Positions 11,437-24,165 of a DNA stretch of 64,000 bases are shown in pieces; within the stretch, counting starts at the first letter, position 1, and every line of letters starts with the position of its first letter. Source of the stretch: Klebsormidium nitens (taxonomy: Eukaryota; Plantae; Klebsormidiophyceae); contig DF236956.1 in the NCBI GenBank assembly GCA_000708835.1, forward strand, positions 310,001-374,000, given 5' to 3'. The notes beneath the pieces are model-generated. The model made no database searches, had not been told where the DNA came from, and was given only the letters and a program-made list of their open reading frames with translations. Made by a program: the position numbers and the translations under genes.

Positions 11437-14400
11437 CGTCGTTCACCGGCCGTCCGTCCCACTCCACCACCGGCAGGACGAGCACCCCGCTGCCTATGAG
11501 CATCATTTCCTTCGCTTTCCGCGCCTCGTCTACCGTTACCGGTCCCACCCTGACTGCCTTCAGGATAGGCCCTGTCGTGGAGCCGTTTTCCGTCGTGGGA
11601 CAGAGCTCCTGGCTCAGTTCTTGGCTGGCAGGGCCCGCGGAGGGGTCCCGCACCACGACGCAGTTTTGGGAGTTGCCGGGGGAGGTGAGGCCCTCCTTTA
11701 GCGACAGCAGCTTGCGGATGGTGATGCCGGGCAAAATCTGGAACAGGGAGTGAGCGAATAAGCGCAAAACAGGGGGGGAGGGAAAAGAGCAAAAGGTTGT
11801 GATGTGAGGGAAAAGAATAAACGTTTTCCTTTGAGAGAACAGCAGCTTGCGAATGGTGATGCCGGGCAGGATCTGAAAGGTGAGGGAGGAGGTCAGGGGG
11901 GAGGAAGAGAAAGGCTGATGGCATGTAGGGACTGGCTTTCTGGAGTTTGGAAGAGACACGCGAAAATTGAAGCGATTAAGCGACGAAGGTTGAATGGGAA
12001 GGTTGGAGAAGCCTATATGGACGATCGGGATCGAGGATGCAAGTGAACATGCTAAGGTGGAGAAAGGACAAGAAAGGCTTTCAATATGGAGAAGCTAGGT
12101 ATATTAGACTCAACGGACAGGACTTGAGAGCGACTCCTGACAGCAGCAAACGGACATTATGAGTGTACTCAACGGTCAGACCGTACAAGTTCTGAAGGAA
12201 CGCATTGCCTCATCGAGGTAGGGACAGACGGCCCTCACCTTATCAAAAGCGGGTACGAGAAGCACGCCCTCGTCGTTTACAAACTGCGCAGGAGCAAGGA
12301 ATGTCAGTTCCAAAAGCCTGTCGAAGAACACTGGCCGACAGGCAATGCCAGCAGCGTCGTTAAACATGGGTTGCATTCAAACTCAAGATCGCAATGGAGC
12401 CGTCAGGGCTATAACAGAGACCGCAAAATACACATTCAGCCGAAACAGATTGTAGAATCTGGTTTTCAGCGACCAATGGTTCTGCGCAAGTGTCACCTTA
12501 AAAGTTTCAGTGTCAGCACGATTCCGCCCGAGCACAGATTGCTATTTCTAGCAAAAAGCTCTGTGCAAGTGTCAGCTCAAAAGTTGCGTTCCTCTCACCG
12601 CTACGTTCATATTGGGCCCTTCCGCAACCAGTCCTTCCTGGTCCAGCCAGATGGCATAATCGACGCCGGCGGCCTCCGCTTCTTGCATAACAAGAGCGTT
12701 GGGCAAGTAGTTGGTGGACTTGACCGTCGCGAACTGGGGGGCCTTGATGGGGATTTGGGACGTGATCTGCACAAGTAGCGAAAAAGTCAGAGTGTTCTCA
12801 TGTCCGTCCTCAGGCAAAGAGTTTCTAGGAACCGGCATGAAACAAACGCGTCAGATCCTCGAGGGGAATGTGAGTTCGGGAAGGACAGGGGTCTGCAACG
12901 CGGAATGTCGTGGTGATGAAAAAGCGATCACGCAAGGTTCGAACGGGAGAGTAGTGTCTGAAAAACAGGGAACGGATAGAAGCGGAGCATTCGCTGTTGG
13001 GGTCGAAATAATGAGTCGCCGGCATTTTACATATCTTATGTACATTCCAATCGTAATGCAACCGGCGATTGGTAAACAACTCCATAGAGATTGCGACAGT
13101 GTCCCCCACACCAACCCCGGAATCCTGCTCTTCACTACAGAGCGATAGACGTTCTTCGACACGACAAAGGGAAAGCAGGTAGGACTTACCACTCGAACGC
13201 CTCTGGCGGCAATGGCGTCCATGTCTTTTCGTTCCGAGATAACCACCGCATAAAGGTTTGATCTAATGCACCTGCATTCATGGCCGTTCGTGTTACAAAT
13301 GCGCCCGTTTTGTCCTCTTCAGTCACAGTCACTGATCGGCCTGTGCAAAGGAAGGACTTGAAGCCGCCGCTAGGCGCAAGCTCCTCAACTGGCCAAGGCG
13401 CAAAATCCGTTGTTCTCAAATGTCCCTCCCGCCACATAAGCAACACGAGAAGAGAAACTGCCAGGACGAAAAACAAGGTACTTCGTGAGCAGGCAACGTC
13501 CTGCCGGCTTGATGAGCATGCGAAACGCGCAGCGACGAAACTTATTAACATCCCGTAAACCTGGCCGCCAACGGGAATCCAAATGTCCGGTAAACGTTGC
13601 AGAAGCTGGACTGTGCAATCGCTCAAATTCCAGTACCTTGACGGCGCAAGTTTTGTAGATGGGCACCACTCAAACCCACGATCGGGCGCAGATCAAAGCA
13701 ATTCAGGTGGCCAGCTTTGACAAATATGCAGTGAGGAAGGCCGACTGTGCGCTCACTCTTTTGAGGAGAGGTTAAAGCCCCCCTGCCCCGCCGTTACCCA
13801 GTACCGCAGCTGGCCTTGCCAGCTGTCGGACGCCGCTACCGTATCTATTAGAAGCTGCTTTAGTTGGGGCCGCTGGTACGGCAGGGGTATCCCCGCCTTG
13901 CTGGCGCTGCTAATGAGGCGGTCCAGATGGGGGTCCAGGCCGTAGAGGAAACTGCGGGCGGCAAGCGTGCGAGGAAGGGTATAAGCCGTAGAAAAACTGT
14001 GAGCGAGCGTTGAGAAAGAAAGTTACCAACCGAAAAGTAAACTGTGGGCGAGCATGCGGGAAAATTTATAGATGGGCGAGCCCGCTGATAAGCGTCATAT
14101 CCTTGTGGCAGGACTTGCAATAAGTAGTTGGAACCTGGACTTCCTGACAAACAGATTCCGTAAAGCAAACCCATTGTAACTCTCGGCCACGCGGAGAATG
14201 GCGTGATCCTGATCAACTCGTCAAATCCTCACGTCACGGAGAGCTTGGGAATATCAGACCCACACTGGCTGGCTTCCGAACGCTGTAAAGCCCACCTGCC
14301 ACGAACCTCGGCCGTTCATACGACAGCTTGCCCTGTTCAACTTCGTCACCTCCCTTAGAAGCAATTGCAATTGTTGAACTCAAGCCTAGATCTCGCCGTG

Positions 14401-16818
14401 TTAAAGACGGTATGCCCTTGGCGAACGCGGGAAACAGAAGACTCTGGGCCTCCATTCCTCCCAGTCTTTGTTTCTCCAAATGCTAAAAGCTCACTTGCTC
14501 ATAGATTTCGGCTGCCAAAGACAGCATATTTCTGCCGTAACCCGTCGGATCCTCACGGCACTCGCACTAAGTGGAATACTGGCGGGCAACTCCTTCAGTG
14601 TTCCCCTCCTCCGCCCAACTGAATGTTGTAAAGCTCACCCGCCGTAGATCTTGGCCGTCTCAACGACAGCAAGATGCCCCCGGAGGAACCCGTCGTATGC
14701 TGATAAGGTGACGCGCTCCAATATTACTGATTTGTGAATTCTAAACACTGAAATGCTCACCCGCCGTAAATCTCGGCCGTGTCAAAGACGGCGTGCCCCC
14801 GGTGGAACCCGTGGTCGTCCAGGGGGATGAACATGAGGGCCGGGTCGGTCACGATGCCCCCCAGGACGCTGCTGTACATGGCCTTGTACGTGCTCTGCGC
14901 TTTTGGGTGCACGTTGTTGCTCAGCCGTTCGAGGACCTGCGCAAAAGGGTAGGTGGCGTCAGCATGACGGTAAGCCTTGTGCGTGCTCTGCGCCTTGGGG
15001 TGCACGTTGTTGGACAGCCGTTCGAGGACCTGCAAAAGGGCGGGGAGGGGCCAGGTAATGTCAGCATGACGTCAGTTTGGGGGGATGGGGCAACGGAACA
15101 AATTCAAGGGTGTGGCGGGTGCAGTGGCTACAGAGTTCACTTCTCCTTTTGGTTGTCTGGTTCTGTGCCCTTGATTTTCCGGTCTGGAAAAAAGAACGGG
15201 TTCTAGTGCCAAAGTTTCAGCTTTCTCAAGAATGATTTGAGGCCACAGACGACGCTGCTGATTGTAAGCTCTCCGCCGCATTAAGTGATTGGAATCAGCA
15301 GCAAGGTTTGTGCTCTAACAAAGTACTTGGTAGGAGTTTGACTGTTTAAGGTTGAACCGGTGCCATAGAAGGGCAGATGGAATACTTGCCGCAAAATCGG
15401 CCCAAGTGGCTGGGCAATACACAGGACAGTCGTGAGAAAACCTACGAACGACGTTCGTCAGACACCCAACAAATTTTGCAGATCAAACCCACCAGCTCAA
15501 GCAGCCCGTTATGGGGCATAAGCAGAGTTCAGGAACCTGTACCTGGTCTTTGTTGAAGAGGAGAGTGGAGCCTGAAGTAGAGGGGGCTGCAACAGGTTCC
15601 GACGTAGCGGCAGAGGCGGTGCTTGCCGCGACTGCAAAAACCAGGGTGTCATGATGGGGAGTGCAAACAGCGTTGCCTCCAGAATCAGGAGGCCATTCAA
15701 GTCTCTACCCAACACAGGATGGCAGCAACCTTCAAGGGAGGGGATCATGAACCCCGTACCGCGTTAAAAAATGTTTAAGACACCAAGCAGAAGCAAGGAG
15801 TATACTGACCAGTCAAGTGCTGAAGTAGAAACTAGATCGTTGGGCCACATTTCTGTGACCCATCTCACAAGGTGCATTCTTGAGTTGAGGATTGTCCACG
15901 AACCCGAAATTGCAGTTAAAAGGTGGTCACAACTTGTACATCAACCAGCTCATTGATATGCTCTTGTCGTCATGTTTGTGACGACACAGTGAAGTGTCCT
16001 ACGAAACTCAACCAGTGTGCTCCGCCAATGTGGTCCCAAATGGCCTTAGAAAAGTTTCACTACGAAAAGGTTTTCACAACGCTGTAACACAAGTCCACTT
16101 TCACTAGAATGAAGTAATCGGAGAAAAGCATGGAATACTTCTGCAGCAATCGCAAAGTGAAGCGCACATCGAATCCGAGCATCTGATGGCTTCGCCACAT
16201 TGCTCACAAATTCCTGAGCGATGTTACTCTGCATTCGAGCTGCAGCACAGACTTGAAGCCTTTTTGACGGTCAACGGTGGTAATGGTGGCTTGCACACCA
16301 AGCAGCAGAACCAGCAAATGGGAGCACATATCACCTTCTGTTAACTTTGAACCTTCACTGCAAAGCAGTTTGAGCGAGGCGGGGCGCAAAATCGACAGAC
16401 AGGAGCACATCTCGCTCTCCGTTGGCTTCAAAACTTTACTGCGAATGAATTGAGCGAGGAATGCGCTCTCAAAGATAAGAACATGGAAGAATCGAGAGAA
16501 AGACTCTGTTAGAGAAACCTCACCACGACCCCTCTTTGCCCTCCATTGCCTGCTCGAAACCTCTGCTATCTCTGCAATCCAACTAGAGACACCTTGCCTT
16601 GCATCTGCCCCATGCAGCCTCTCCAAAGTCGAACTCAATCTCGGACCAGACTCTCTCCCACAGCATCTCCTACACGCACGTTGCTTGCTCAGATTCAGAC
16701 CAGCTTGCACTGTCCGGATGCCGTCCGGAAAACGAACCTGGTTGGGGCCAGCGAGAGTGGCCCCGCTCCAGCAACTAAAAGCCTGGCTGTTGAGAAGCAA
16801 GTGACCGCTTGCGGCCAT
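11437..16818 (-). CDS. Class IV PLP aminotransferase, plant D-amino-acid transaminase / 4-amino-4-deoxychorismate lyase type, with transit-peptide-like N-terminus; exons 16818-16524, 15631-15543, 14936-14761, 13951-13757, 13271-13190, 12766-12599, 12283-12239, 11737-11437; terminal exon not located
   Basis: Motifs YSSVLGGIVTDPALMFIPLDDHGFHRGHAVFDT, LDPHLDRL, LRYWV, FATVKSTNYLPN (catalytic Lys), AEGPNMN, ILPGITIRKLL, EMMLIGSGVLVLPVVEWDG. All junctions are GT-AG with consistent phases. Confidence 0.9.
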
Positions 16819-17521
16819 ATCTAGCCGTTCAGAAGGCTAACATGTCCCCGACAGGCGGCCACTCAGAAACCTGTTTCTCGAAGCAACCCTTCAATTAGTT
16901 CCTCATCTCTTCTAAAAAGCACATTCAAGCACTACTCTTTCATAGATGGAACCGTCCTACAGATTGTATGAGAGACAAGCAAATCTTTGCAGGCCTCCAA
17001 CGTTGCCTTCTTGCCTGCGCCCTCTCATGCTCTTCCCAGGTTCTGTCTCTTTTTGAATCTCTCATCGTGAGGGAATCAGCAGTGACAGAAGGGTCCATAT
17101 TTTCATGAATGATTCTTGCCCATATTCGACCAGTATCGGTCATATTTTGGTAATTCCAGACCTGAATAGCCTGATCTTGAATGCCGGTAGGCAAGGCGTA
17201 CATTTTACCTGCAAAAACTTTAAGACGTTTGTGAGTGAATCGTGAACCCTCAATTTGCGCCCTGATCCACGGCTATGTGTACCGTATATGAGATTTACAT
17301 CACACAAGATCGGAGCGCAGGCGTATTTATACGTCGTTGGCATAAGACTCAAAATTTACCAAGTTTGTGTGGCCGCCGTCAGAGACCTGAATTTCTAATA
17401 CTATCCAAGCTTCAGAAGTTCAGCCGAGTTCATGCAGCAGCAGTTTCTCTCATGTTCACAGCACTCCTTGCCAAAGTCTAGCTAGGGCACAGCATTTAGT
17501 ATTGACGCCTCTTTTGAAAGA

Positions 17522-20500
17522 ATGGCTTCTTCAAGCACTGCGCTCCATCACGGATCGCGTAATCTGGCCCCCCACCGACTCTCTAGTTCAGATTCATTTG
17601 CGTCGGAGCTCTGGCGGGCTCGTCCGCTATGCCCCTGCGCAGAGCGGCCCTCAAGGGAAGGGGAAAAGATGACCAGACGTGGACCAGTCTTAGTGAGCGC
17701 GAGCAACATGGAGCTTCGGGAACGTACAAAGGTCAGTGGCACCACCTTTACTACGGTTAGAATGGACTCTTAGTTGGCAAGTTGGATCACATCCAAGTCC
17801 ATCTGGAAACGCACCCAAACGTGCTTCATCTCTTACCACTTTGAGTGACGCCTTTCCACTTGCCTGACTCTTTCTTTGCATCTGCCAGTTGCTTCAAAAT
17901 TGCACGTAACATGGCGTTTGTTGATGCGAGAGAGGTGTGCTCAGTTCAACTTAAGCCTGTTGATGATGATAGGAGAGATGCTGTACATAACCGTACAATG
18001 AACCGGTCAGCGTGGGTGTCTTACTCTCACTCTCGAGAAGAAGGTTGTTGCCTTAGCACTATCAAGGCAGCGAAGTCCATAATAGCTGCTTGAGCCGCAT
18101 GCAATGACGCCCCAGGTTCGGGCCCACCCGCTCTAATCTGTCCTGATGTCCTTATTCAACCTTTTAAAGGGGACGAACAATCGAAGAAAGATCTGGGGTT
18201 TTGATTGCAGATAGGCACCTTCCTGTGCGACACTGTGAGGGTTTACGCGATTGGTTCAGCACACTGCTTACTTCAAACTTGTCTCCAACCAGGCTCTGTT
18301 GTGCCCCCAGAGCCGAAGGTATCTCTACAAAGAAACCAGGGCAAGCACTTGATTGTTTATCTCGCGTTTCTTTCCCTGCAATTTGACACGACCCTAACCC
18401 CTTCTCCGCATCCAGGGGTCACTTGTGCCCGAAACACTGAAGGAGATGGAGACCGACGTTGACTTCCAGAGGACGAAGCAAGCGTTGCTGGAGCGGGGGC
18501 AGGCGGCTCTAACAGCGGAGGAGCGGAAGAAGCGGCGACGGGCCCTGGATAACCTGGGGGTCCCGTCTTTTGACCACTTTTTGAAGGAACAGGTGTGTCT
18601 TGCATCTCCCACTGAACTGTGACATAAACTTCCAGCAGTTAAATGTAGTTGGTCTGCCGCACATCTAGCATTTGTATCAGCGTTTGGTATGATTCCTTTG
18701 GAAGATCCAGGTTGCAGTCTTGGGGGTTCGTCACACAGGTTAGAAGTTGACGAGAGGGGACTTGTCCGGATAGCAATCGACGGCAAGGATGCTTTCTGAC
18801 AAAAAACTTACATAATGTTGTAGTAATGATTGGCCACAAACTAAAACTAAAGTGATTGTCAACCTTGTCGTAGGACCTTCCTAGCAATTCAGGTCAAAGC
18901 TTCAGATTAAGATTCCTCTACATTCAATCGCAAGGTCCTTATTTGAGTACACCTTCCCTCATTTGCTTTCTGAATCTGGGCTCAGCTCATCCGCAAGCCC
19001 CAAGTTGAGCCCCAGCGACTCAAGGGATAGTTGAAGGAAGGCCGCTCTGACCATATGAATTGCAGCGCTCACTCATCCCAGACTAGGACACTCAAGACAG
19101 CCAAACGTACGTTCCAAACAAGTTTGTTCTTCATCTTTTCACTCTCTGACTGTGCAGGGCCTATCCCCGCTCACTCGAAAACCAGTCACGACGCTCCAGC
19201 TCAACATCGGACTATACTGCAACCAAGCATGCGCGCATTGCCATGTGGAGTCCTCCCCCCTCAGAACGGAACAGATGGACGAGCGGGTGGCGAGAAAGGT
19301 CGTTGAGGTGTTGGATCGCAGCCCCGAGATCCACACGGTGGATATCACAGGGGGCGCTCCAGAGTTGCAGCCTCAGTTTAGGTGACCAATGTTTCCTTTT
19401 CCTGAGGACTGACATTGGTGATTCGCTGCAAGCGACCCTAGCTTGAGCTTTCGACCGAGTGCTTTAAGAACTTTGTCTGCCCTCACGGCACTAATTTTGA
19501 ATCTGTAGATAGTAATGGCTGCTTTGCTCAGTAGATTGATGGATGCGGATGCGGGTCGATTAATGTGACAACGGAAAACCGATGCAGAAACTTGGTACAG
19601 TACTGCGGGGCCCAGACTGACCAGTTTACTTTCTTTCCCTGATATGCCGTGCAGCTGGAGTCTCCCAAAAGTCTGCTTTTGAAAGTGGGTTCGCATTTTA
19701 GTCTCTTTCCCTACCGAGTCCTCTTCTTCAGGCACGTTCAATCAGCAAGTTCCTTGCTCACAGGTACCTCGTAACTGAGGCGCGTCGACAGGGAAAGGAG
19801 GTTATCGACCGGTGCAATCTGACGGTGCTCTATGAGCCGGGACAAGAGGTCAGTAATTGTGGCTTGATCTTCGTCTCTGCTAGAAACTTCCTGTATCAAA
19901 TCTGCCTTCAGACTTTTTCAGTTTTGAACCTGTCTTCAGAGCTGGAGTCAAGGTCTGCGCTCAAACAAAGATCTCATTAGAGATGGTGAGACTGAACTGA
20001 TTGGACAAGGAGGGGTAAATCTGGGGCATCCTCTGGTGAAAAGTCCGTTTGCGTGGTCGACTCGATGTGTGCATCCGGCTTCGAGCGGCGCTCCAAGGAA
20101 ATCGAGGATAGGTTTGAAGACCATCCGTTGCGTTCTGCTTCACACTGGCAGTCAGATGATGGATTCGCCGGTCCGATTCTAAAGGGTCAGGTTCTCGTTC
20201 AGAATCCGGATAGCCTCTTGTCTTCTCGACGATACGTTTTTCTTGTTCCAACTGGCCAGCGAGGTGTTCAAAAGCCTGGCACTTGACTATCTTTATAGGT
20301 CAGTCCATCAAACCTAGGCTTGCCATGCGTCAGTTTAACATTAGTCCTTTCCAAGATTTAAGGTTTTGAATCGATTTACTCCTGCGGTACTTTGCTGATT
20401 GCAACGTCTCGATTACCTCCTGGTCTGGTCGTCTGTCCTTGGAAATGCGGGGTTCCATGTATCTTTCTTCCGTCTGTCTTTCAGCTGTCACGCTTGCATC

Positions 20501-23500
20501 ACACTTCTCCTACCAAAGTTCAAACCTGCTGAGTCGATCCTTTATGACCCCTCAAATCGTTGACCTTCAATTCACGCTGTCATGGACAGATTAATGTCTA
20601 GAGCGGTCGCTTCTGGGCAACGTGCACTCTCAGCATCTGAGACGAGCCGCTAACGGCATTCCTTGGACCTCTTTTCCCGCAGGATCTGGTCGACTTTCTG
20701 GCGGACAATCAAGTGCGGATCGTTGCGTCGATGCCGTGCTATGGACCGAAAAACGTTGACGACCAGGTACGGCACCAGTCGTTCGAGTCGGCGCATCTCT
20801 GTATGTTATTCAGAGCAGCCACGTATATCAATTTCGACACCAGATACGGTGCCTGTTCAGGTGCTCGCACACCCTGCTATCACGCGCTTGTCAAATGTGA
20901 AGGTGGGTCTTGTAGGACAGTAGTGACGGCAGTGAAGTTGGTTTGATGGAGTTGGATGAGGCTTTGTTCTTCGCCAGAATGGTCAGTCGATCGGGCACCT
21001 CTGTTTCCAGCTAGGTCTGTGTTTAGAGAAGATCTCCGCGTGGCATCTGCTTGTGCTTCTGAAGTGTTCAACAACATTTTTGGCTGCTGCAAATGCCCCT
21101 GTGAAGTGCTTGAAAGCCACTAAGCGAACGGCCTTTGCTTCTGTGCAGCGAGGGCGGGGCGTGTTTGAGAAGAGCATACAGGCGCTTCTGGATCTCAATG
21201 CCCGAGGGTGAGCTCCTTCTTCCGCCTCCACCCAATAGCAACCCGATGGAAATTGCCCGACAACCGCCCTTGCAGTGAACCAAGGACAGTTCTTTCTGTT
21301 TGTTCTCGCCCTTGACGAACCGGAAGGCACAAACGGCTGTCCCTTTCACCTACATTCTGCAGCACTCATCTGCGAAATGTGAATTCCTGTGAGTTGGTTC
21401 AGCTTCGTACTGCAGAACCTGTCGATCTCCCGAGCAGGGGATGCTTACTATGCTTAGCCGATGACCAATCACCAATCTGTTTGCAGGTACGGCAAGGAAG
21501 GAAGCGGTCTTCTACTGGACCTCGTATACAATCCCATCGGGGGTTTCCTACCGCCCTTGCAGTCGAGCTTGGAAGCGGCTTACAAGGTACGTGCTTGACT
21601 GGGAGCAATAGTCAAATGTCTGACAAACGAAGAGCATCGCGCTTGGGAAGCTTGCTTCTTCAAGGCAAGTCAAGTAGAAATTGTATTATGTGCTGTGATT
21701 GGCTCAGCAGCTGGCTTTGGCTAAGCGTCCACTTTCTCGAAGTAGCATTTCAGGTCCAGAAGCGATAGGGTCTTTTACCGACTGCAGAGATTGCGAGTTT
21801 AAGGGAGATTGACGATACGGTCAAGTAGACAAAACGTTGATGGCCGTTGCCAGCTTCGTCCAAACTCGTCTCCCGTGCCATGTTAAAATCTCTGCTGACT
21901 GCAACTCGTGCAACGGACAAAGCAAGTTGTGGAATCACCAGGTCGATCGATCTGACGGATCGAGTCCGCACGTCACAAAGATTTTCTCTGTTTTCATCCA
22001 GAAGATTGGTTGTATGCGAAGATTGGTACCCTTCGCTGCTACTTGAGTGCTTGCTGCAAGCGTTGGATGCCTCTCGTCACATTTATCTGGGTCCGAAAAG
22101 CAAAAGTGTTAGGCATGATGACGCGTGCTGATGTTCAAACACCGTGCTTGCAGGATGAGCTCAGCAAGACGTACGGCATCACCTTCAACAGCCTGTTCAC
22201 GATTACGAACATGCCCATCAAAAGGTGGGCCTGTCTCCCGCCCTTCCTTGGTTGTCACCCGGCTTCTGAGTTCTTCTGAGGTCCCTCGTCCTCGTTCTAG
22301 CTTTTCCAAGGGAGTGACAACGATTCCTGGAGGCTGCTAGATATTCAAAACTTCGGCTACGGTCTCGCTTTATTGCATGGAAGACGGCTCATCTATATAA
22401 TTTTGGGTTTACGGCCTCGTGAAGGCGGCCCGTTGTCGAAGGGAGATAAAAAAGGAGAAATTGCCAGAGCTCACGAGAGGACCCGCATCTTGCTGATGCT
22501 GGGTGCCATGTTGCTGACGTCACTGGCGGCGTTCACCGCGGTCGCCAGTCAGGGTGGAAACCCAGCCCTTCGCCTCGAGGTCCCAGACTTCGTGCAGGGC
22601 TTCCTAAAGTATCACAAAGACAGAATTGCCGGCTGGCTTAGAATCCGATCTTTTTTTGTGTTGCAGGTTTGCGGATCACCTCTCCCGGAAGGGTGAACTC
22701 CAGGCCTACATGGAGTTACTGGTGAGAGACTGGTTCACTTATGCTGCATTTCTTCGTTGCAGCGGCCAAGTACCGATCGTAGTGTAGTTTGGACTGCTTT
22801 GTCGACTGTTCGTGCGATGCACTCTTATGGAGAGGCCGACTTTGACTGCAACGTATCATGCCTTGCAGCGGAAGGAGCGTGAGGCCTTTTTTAAACAAGC
22901 TTTCCAAGTGCGTAGAATTTCAGACATTTAATATGCACGCCTTTGAATGTTTTCAGTCGCTGCATCTTTGACTGCCGATAGGCCGTTAGCTTCGCTTATT
23001 TCGATGATGAAGTGGTTCTGCCCCGTTACATTTTCAAGAAATCCAGGTTTTGCAACTGGTTGAGTTTTCCTTCTCTTCTTGCTTCAAGGTAAACAACTTC
23101 AACCCGGCCGCAGCGGATTCGGTGATGTGCAGAGACCTCATCAGTGTTGGCTGGTAAGACTGCATCCCCTCCTCCTCATTGTAATGCGTCAGTGTGACGA
23201 GTGGACACGCGTTGTAGGTCGTCAAATTCTGAATTGCCATTTCACACTCAACGATCAAGTCGGAGCTCTTTTTTCGCCTTCCTCGCATCTCCCGTTGTTA
23301 TGTCGTCCTTCCTTTTCTTTTTCTATCCCATCACAGGCTACCGGCAAGCTTCCGCTGAGAGCTTTTTGACTCGTACGTTTGTCTCAAACGATGTATTGTC
23401 GGGCACGTGTCAATTCCGTTCGTTCTTTGCCCCTCAGATTCCGCCTCGACCAAAAATGGCTAGGCGCATTTGCTTCGATCCGCGTACAGCTTGTACACTA

Positions 23501-24165
23501 CGCTGTATCAGGTCTTACTTTGCATCACACGTGATCGAAGTAAGCTTTCCCATTGGTCCGGAGAGATGAGCGCTCACCCGTTCCGGTCAACGCGGATCCT
23601 TCTGCAGGGATGGAACCGTGTACGATTGCGACTTTAATCAGCAGCTTGCGCTCGGAATGCCGCCGGGCTTGCCCAAATCAATCTTCGACATTGACTCCAC
23701 CGCCAGTCTGTTGGGCGCCCGCATTGCCACGGACAACCACTGTTTCGGGTGAGGTTTGGGCGGTTAGAACATTGCACTGTTAAGAAGTCTTGGATCAGAA
23801 CCCAGCCACACCATGACCAGGGGAGAATTTCCATGGGACCTTTTGAGTCTTGAAAGTCGGATTTTTCCTACTTTAACGGTGATTTACTCAGGGATCGGTT
23901 GTGCGCTGAACGGGTGATTGAACCGTTGTGGCTCTGAAGAACCTGGCGTGCTGAGCAATCAACTTTTTGTAGTAGACGTGGGTTGCTCTTGAAAACCGGG
24001 CCCCTCTTATGAGACAATTAATCAGAACCAGGTAGATTAATCAGCGGAGATAGAAGTTTCAGCAATAGAATGGAGCATCGGAGGTCAAGATTTTCTTATT
24101 AATGTCTTGGCTTGCGCAGATGCACGGCAGGGCACGGGTCAAGTTGCACAGGGGCTGTCGCGTAA
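17522..24165 (+). CDS. Radical SAM / DUF3641 protein, ArsS (arsenosugar biosynthesis) family-like; exons 17522-17731, 18416-18592, 19158-19381, 19764-19848, 20683-20766, 21149-21207, 21487-21586, 22154-22224, 22667-22721, 23089-23153, 23608-23748, 24120-24165
   Basis: TLQLNIGLYCNQACAHCHVESSP (CxxxCxxC), DITGGAPEL, DRCNLTVL, ASMPCY, LDLVYNP, TITNMPIKRF, MCRDLISVGWDG, YDCDFNQQL and C-terminal HCFGCTAGHGSSC. Twelve GT-AG exons join in frame. Exon 1 is Ser/Arg-rich like a plastid transit peptide and is the least certain exon. Confidence 0.87.
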
